Shown here one piece after another: positions 24,638 to 30,133 of a DNA stretch of 30,133 bases. The stretch comes from Myxococcales bacterium. GTDB lineage: Bacteria > Myxococcota > Myxococcia > Myxococcales > 40CM-4-68-19. The DNA is taken from NCBI GenBank assembly GCA_036271755.1, contig DATBAA010000959.1, positions 1 to 30,133 of the forward strand, in the 5' to 3' direction. The notes under the pieces are model-generated. The model did no database searches, was not told the origin of the DNA, and saw only the letters and a program-made list of their open reading frames with translations. Made by a program: the position numbers and the translations under genes. How positions within the stretch are numbered: position 1 is the first letter of the stretch; every line of letters begins with the position of its first letter.

Positions 24638-24835
24638 TTGACCTTGACGCTGGCGGGGCTGTACGTGAAGCAAGGCCTCGTCGGCCGGGCGCGCGAGATC
24701 TACAAGCAGCTCGCGGAAGGGCCGGACGAAAGCATCGCGGCCGAGGCGCGCAAGCGGCTGGCCGAGCTGCCTTCAGCCGGTTTGCGCATAGCGATCTTGG
24801 AAGAGCTTCTCACGCGGGTACGCAGCCGGAGGTAG
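24638..24835 (+). CDS. 65-aa TPR-like mini-protein (or remnant of a larger TPR gene)
   Basis: TLTLAGLYVKQGLVGRAREIYKQL resembles a TPR helix pair; fills the gap and ends 2 nt before mglC; TTG start and no SD. Confidence 0.55.
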   Translation: MTLTLAGLYVKQGLVGRAREIYKQLAEGPDESIAAEARKRLAELPSAGLRIAILEELLTRVRSRR

Positions 24836-24837
24836 CG

Positions 24838-25200
24838 ATGGGCTTTCGGGAAGACCTCGAGGCGATCTGCGGCAAGGTCGAGGGGTCGTTCGCGGCCAGC
24901 TTGATGGGCTTCGACGGCATCGCCATCGAGACGCACGAGACCAGGCAGGCGGCCGGCATCGCCATGCAGGACCTGCTCGTCGAGTACAGCGGCATCATCT
25001 CCCAGGTGCGCCAGGCGGCCGAGACGCTGCAGATGGGGCGCGCTTCAGAGGTCTCCATCCGCACGGAGAAGCTGGTGGCGGTGGCCCGGCCCATCACGCC
25101 CGACTACTTCCTGGTGCTCACGCTCTCGCCCGACGGCAACGTCGGCCGGGCGCGCTACGAGCTGCGCATCGCCAGCCCCAAGCTCGTCGCCCAGCTTTGA
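24838..25200 (+). CDS. mglC: Roadblock/LC7 protein MglC (MglB paralogue)
   Basis: 120-aa roadblock fold with F25-D26-x-I28 (MGFDGI), the surface motif I recall for M. xanthus MglC; same position between pilQ and efp; GGAGG SD. Confidence 0.82.
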   Translation: MGFREDLEAICGKVEGSFAASLMGFDGIAIETHETRQAAGIAMQDLLVEYSGIISQVRQAAETLQMGRASEVSIRTEKLVAVARPITPDYFLVLTLSPDGNVGRARYELRIASPKLVAQL

Positions 25201-25297
25201 AGGCTTGCGCGCGAGAGCGCGGACATTGGTAACGCAGCAACCCTGGACGGTGCCTGCGGTTTGTTGTACACCGCGCGCCTTCTGGAGGACGCAATCG

Positions 25298-25873
25298 ATG
25301 GCCGATGTGATCGACACCAGTGAGTTCCGCAACGGGCTCAAGATCCTGATGGACAACGAGCCGTACGTCATCGTCGAGTTTCAGCACGTGAAGCCCGGCA
25401 AGGGCTCGGCGTTCGTTCGCACCCGCTACAAGTCCCTCATCTCCGGCCGCGTGCTGGAGAAGAACTTCAAGTCGGGTGAGAAGGTTGGCCGCCCCGACAT
25501 CGAAGAGAAGAAGATGCAGTACCTCTACAAAGAGGGAGAGCACTTCGTCTTCATGGACACGAAGAACTTCGAGCAGAGCCACGTCGACGAGGCCGGCCTG
25601 GGCGAGTCGAAGAACTTCCTCAAGGAGAACATGGAAGGCGGCGTGCTCTTCTGGAACGGCCGCGCCATCTCGGTGGATCTGCCCAACGCCGTCGAATTGA
25701 AGGTCACGAAGTGTGACCCCGGCGCGCGCGGCGACACCGTCTCCGGAGCGTTGAAGCCCGCCACCATGGAGACCGGCTACACGCTCAACGTCCCGCTCTT
25801 CATCAACGAGGGCGACGTGCTCAAGATCGACACCCGCACGGGTGAATACCTCACCCGCGTCGCCACCGGCTAA
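25298..25873 (+). CDS. efp: Translation elongation factor P
   Basis: ATG 25298 with GGAGG SD; [12 protein letters not shown] loop, [20 protein letters not shown]. Confidence 0.97.
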   Translation: MADVIDTSEFRNGLKILMDNEPYVIVEFQHVKPGKGSAFVRTRYKSLISGRVLEKNFKSGEKVGRPDIEEKKMQYLYKEGEHFVFMDTKNFEQSHVDEAGLGESKNFLKENMEGGVLFWNGRAISVDLPNAVELKVTKCDPGARGDTVSGALKPATMETGYTLNVPLFINEGDVLKIDTRTGEYLTRVATG

Positions 25874-25881
25874 GACCTCCC

Positions 25882-26364
25882 ATGGACGTCGAGAAACTGA
25901 AGGCCATTCTCGCGGCACTGCAGAGCACTGACGTCACCCGGCTGACCTGGACTTTGGACGGCGAGGTGCTGGATCTGCGCCTGGGACACCCGCCGGCCGC
26001 CGCGCCCGCGGTGATGCAGGCCATGCCCATGGCCCAGCCGGTGAGCGCTTCGCAGGCCGCGCCTTCGCAGACTTCAGCGGCCGCGCCCGCGCCGGCCGCC
26101 GCGAAGCCCGACAGCGGCAAGAAGACCTTCACCGTCAACTCGCCCTTCGTCGGCACCTTCTACCGGTCGGCCAGCCCCGACAGCCCCTCGTTCGTGGACC
26201 TGGGCCAGTCGGTGAAAAAAGGCCAGGTGCTCTGCATCGTCGAGGCCATGAAGCTGATGAACGAGATCGAGGCCGACCAGTCCGGCAAGCTCGTCGAGGC
26301 GCTCATCCAGAACGGCAGCCCGGTCGAATACGGCGAGGCACTCTTCCGCTTCGAGCCGGAGTAG
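25882..26364 (+). CDS. accB: Acetyl-CoA carboxylase biotin carboxyl carrier protein
   Basis: [24 protein letters not shown] biotinylation motif, Ala/Pro linker. Confidence 0.96.
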   Translation: MDVEKLKAILAALQSTDVTRLTWTLDGEVLDLRLGHPPAAAPAVMQAMPMAQPVSASQAAPSQTSAAAPAPAAAKPDSGKKTFTVNSPFVGTFYRSASPDSPSFVDLGQSVKKGQVLCIVEAMKLMNEIEADQSGKLVEALIQNGSPVEYGEALFRFEPE

Positions 26365-26373
26365 GATCTCCCC

Positions 26374-27723
<1,350 letters not shown>

Positions 27724-27785
27724 AGCGCTGTAAGGTTGGGGCTTTTATACTCCTTTGTAGGCCCCGGAAAACGCCGGTCTTTCCC

Positions 27786-27815
27786 TTGACCAATTGCTTG
27801 GTTGCCCGTTACGGT
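27786..27815 (+). promoter_or_regulatory. Candidate sigma-70 promoter of sgmX
   Basis: TTGACC (27786-27791), 18-nt spacer, TACGGT (27810-27815) in the AT-richer accC-sgmX intergenic region. Confidence 0.55.
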
Positions 27816-27866
27816 GGGCTGCTGGCCCGGCTGTCTTGAACCCCTCAGGTGAGCGCTCCGCAACCG

Positions 27867-30133
27867 ATGGATAAAAACAAGGTCATCGAGTCTGCGTCGA
27901 AGCTGATCAGCAAAGGTCAGTTCGAAAAAGCCGTCAAGGAGTACCAGCGCATCCTGGAAGTGGATCCGGACGACGTCCGCGTCCTGCAAAAGCTGGCCGA
28001 GCTGTACCAGAAGATGAACCGCAAGGCCGAGGCGGCGGACTGCTTCGAGAAGGTCGCCAAGACCTACGCGGCGCAGGGCTTCTATTTGAAGGCCGTGGCG
28101 CTCTACAAGCAGGTGCTCAAGGTCATCGACCGGGTGGAGGTGAACGTCCGGCTGGCCGAGCTCTACCAGCAGCTGGGTCTCGTCGGCGACGCCACCAAAG
28201 AGTGGCAGACGGTGGCCGCCTATTACGAGAAGCTGGGCGACACCAAGGCCAGCCTCGATACGCTGAAGAAGCTGGTCGATCTGGACCCGGACAACGTCGC
28301 CGCGCGCATCCGGCTGGGCGAGCAGTACGCGCGGCAGGACGACCTGGTCGAAGCCGTCACCGAGCTTCGGCGCGCTGCCACCTATCTGCAGCGCAACGGC
28401 CGCACCGACGACTATCTGCGCGTGGCCGAGCGCATCAGCCACCTGGACCAGAGCGACGTGGGCCTCGCCCGCGAGCTGGCGGAAAGCTACCTCTCCCGCG
28501 GCGACTCCAAGCGGGCGCTCGCCAAGCTGCAGATCTGCTTCAAGGCCAATCCGCGCGACCTCACCACGCTGCAGATGCTGGCGCGGGCGTTCCAGGAGCT
28601 GGGGCAGATCTCCAAGACCGTCTCGGTGCTCAAGGAGCTGGCGCGCGTCCATCTCGACGGCGGACGGCACGACGAGGCGCGCAAGACGTATCTGCAGGCG
28701 CAGGAGCTGGCTCCGGACGATCAGGAGATCAAGACCGCTCTCAAGAACGTCGAGACCGAGGCAGGCAAAACCGCGCCGGCGCCGGTCGCGGCGGTGGCTC
28801 CGTCGAGGCCGCTCACGGGTCCGGTGAAGGTGCCGTCCAGCCCGGGCATGCGGCCGGCTTCGATGCGGCCTCCGACCGGGCCTGTCGCAAAGCCCACCGC
28901 CGGTCCGGCCAGTGTTCCCTCGCGGCCGCCGACTGCCGCGCCGCCGTCGCGCCCCGAGCCCGCGGCCAACGTGGCGCCCACGCCGGCCACCGCGGCGGCG
29001 GTTCCCAAGCTGCTCAAGGAGACCGAGGTCTACGTCAAGTACGGCCTGCACGAGAAGGCGCTCGAGCACCTGCGCAAGATCTTCGCGGCAGACCCGGACA
29101 ACCTCGAGGCGCACGACAAGGCGAAGGCCGTCGCGCTGGCCATGGGCCGCACCGAAGACGCGGTCGCCTCGCTGGCCAACATCCTCCGGCTGGCGCCGCC
29201 CGGCGATCCGAAAGCCGCCGCCGCCCGCGCGGAGCTGGCTGGCCTGGACGCGGCCCACCCCGCGCTCGGTGGCGCGGCCGTATCGCCCGCGGCTGATCCG
29301 GCGAACGAAGAGCTGATCGAAGAAGAGCTGGACGACGACGGCCTGGACGGCTCGGACATCCTGGAGGAGCACGACGAGGCCGACCGGACCTCGGTCGACG
29401 AGGAGCCCATCGCTGTCGCCGCCGCGGAGGTGGAGTCTGCGGTGGCCGCGGAGAAGGCCGCGCGGCGCGCTCCGCCGGCTCCGGCACCCAGGGCGGCAAA
29501 AGCCGTTGAAGCTCCACCGTCCATCGTCATCGCCGACGATCTGCTGGTCGACGGCTACGAGGAAGAGGTCGCGCCGGCCGCCGCTGCCCGCGACGACGAT
29601 ACGATCGAGTCCGAGCCGGCTGCCAAGAGCGAGGGCGACGACGAGTTCGCCAGCGACATCGCCGAGGCAGACTTCTACATCCAGGCTGGCCTGGTCGAGG
29701 ACGCGCGCGCCATCCTGGAGGCCATCACCATGGCCTCGCCCGACCATCCCGGCGCGGCCAGCAGGCTGCGCGAGATTGCGCCGCCGCCGCCTGCCAACGA
29801 GCACGACGACCTGGCCGCGGAGCTGGCGGCGGAGCTCGCCGCCGAAGTCGGCAGCGAGAAGGACGAGGACGACAAGCCGCTGGACGGCGACGCGCTGGAC
29901 CCCTTCCAGGTGCCGGCGCACGAGGTGCTGGGCGAGTTCCGCGCCAAGCTCTCGCAGACGGTGCGGCCCGAGGACGTCCAGACGCATTACGACCTGGGCA
30001 TCGCCTATAAAGAGATGGGCCTCGTCGACGAGGCGGTGGCCGAGTTCGAGCTGGCCGTGCTGCACGGCAGCGGCGGCCCGCGCGCGCCCGACTGCATGCT
30101 GATGCTGGGCATCTGCGAGGCCGAGCGCGGCAA
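27867..30133 (+). CDS. sgmX: Large TPR protein, SgmX-like (3' truncated; absent from the ORF track because there is no stop in the window)
   Basis: Manual translation: MDKNKVIESASKLISKGQFEKAVKEYQRILEVDPDDVRVLQKLAELYQK...QGFYLKAVALYKQVLK; later KETEVYVKYGLHEKA, EADFYIQAGLVEDA and THYDLGIAYKEMGL fall in the same frame at the positions checked. Matches M. xanthus SgmX and its place after accC as I recall them. Confidence 0.85.
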   Translation, partial: MDKNKVIESASKLISKGQFEKAVKEYQRILEVDPDDVRVLQKLAELYQKMNRKAEAADCFEKVAKTYAAQGFYLKAVALYKQVLKVIDRVEVNVRLAELYQQLGLVGDATKEWQTVAAYYEKLGDTKASLDTLKKLVDLDPDNVAARIRLGEQYARQDDLVEAVTELRRAATYLQRNGRTDDYLRVAERISHLDQSDVGLARELAESYLSRGDSKRALAKLQICFKANPRDLTTLQMLARAFQELGQISKTVSVLKELARVHLDGGRHDEARKTYLQAQELAPDDQEIKTALKNVETEAGKTAPAPVAAVAPSRPLTGPVKVPSSPGMRPASMRPPTGPVAKPTAGPASVPSRPPTAAPPSRPEPAANVAPTPATAAAVPKLLKETEVYVKYGLHEKALEHLRKIFAADPDNLEAHDKAKAVALAMGRTEDAVASLANILRLAPPGDPKAAAARAELAGLDAAHPALGGAAVSPAADPANEELIEEELDDDGLDGSDILEEHDEADRTSVDEEPIAVAAAEVESAVAAEKAARRAPPAPAPRAAKAVEAPPSIVIADDLLVDGYEEEVAPAAAARDDDTIESEPAAKSEGDDEFASDIAEADFYIQAGLVEDARAILEAITMASPDHPGAASRLREIAPPPPANEHDDLAAELAAELAAEVGSEKDEDDKPLDGDALDPFQVPAHEVLGEFRAKLSQTVRPEDVQTHYDLGIAYKEMGLVDEAVAEFELAVLHGSGGPRAPDCMLMLGICEAERG
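28770..29000 (+). other. Pro/Ala-rich low-complexity linker in SgmX
   Basis: Translates as TAPAPVAAVAPSRPLTGPVKVPSSPGMRPASMRPPTGP...APTPATAAA. Confidence 0.8.
29301..29660 (+). other. Acidic low-complexity linker in SgmX
   Basis: Translates as EELIEEELDDDGLDGSDILEEHDEADRTSVDEE...DDDTIESEPAAKSEGDDEF. Confidence 0.8.

Noticed and set aside
27738-27785. Possible terminator hairpins after accC
   Set aside because: Stems are only 4-5 bp or have long loops, and the U-tract is poor.

Overview
High-GC window, probably from a Myxococcota (myxobacterium-like deltaproteobacterium), carrying the type IVa pilus master locus. Order: pilB (5' truncated)-pilT-pilC-pilS-pilR (+), then an opposite-strand block pilI-pilG-pilA-yfhO-like (-), then pilH-pilD-pilS2 (+), an ArnT/PMT-like glycosyltransferase (-), pilR2, a small XRE-HTH gene, pilMNOPQ, an unknown lipoprotein, a 65-aa TPR-like mini-ORF, mglC, efp, accB, accC and the start of sgmX (3' truncated, missing from the ORF track). 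The backbone matches the Myxococcus xanthus pil cluster as I recall it. The departures are: (1) two GT-C-type membrane glycosyltransferase genes sit inside the pil locus next to a Ser/Thr-rich pilin, suggesting a pilin or pilus-linked glycosylation system; (2) pilA-pilG-pilI is inverted and separated from pilH; (3) pilA has a clear sigma-54 promoter whose tandem palindromic enhancer lies within the last codons of the upstream glycosyltransferase gene; (4) several genes have -10 boxes 5-8 nt before start codons with weak or no SD, consistent with leaderless transcription. No rRNA, tRNA, CRISPR array or mobile element was seen. All family assignments come from motif recognition; no database searches were run.
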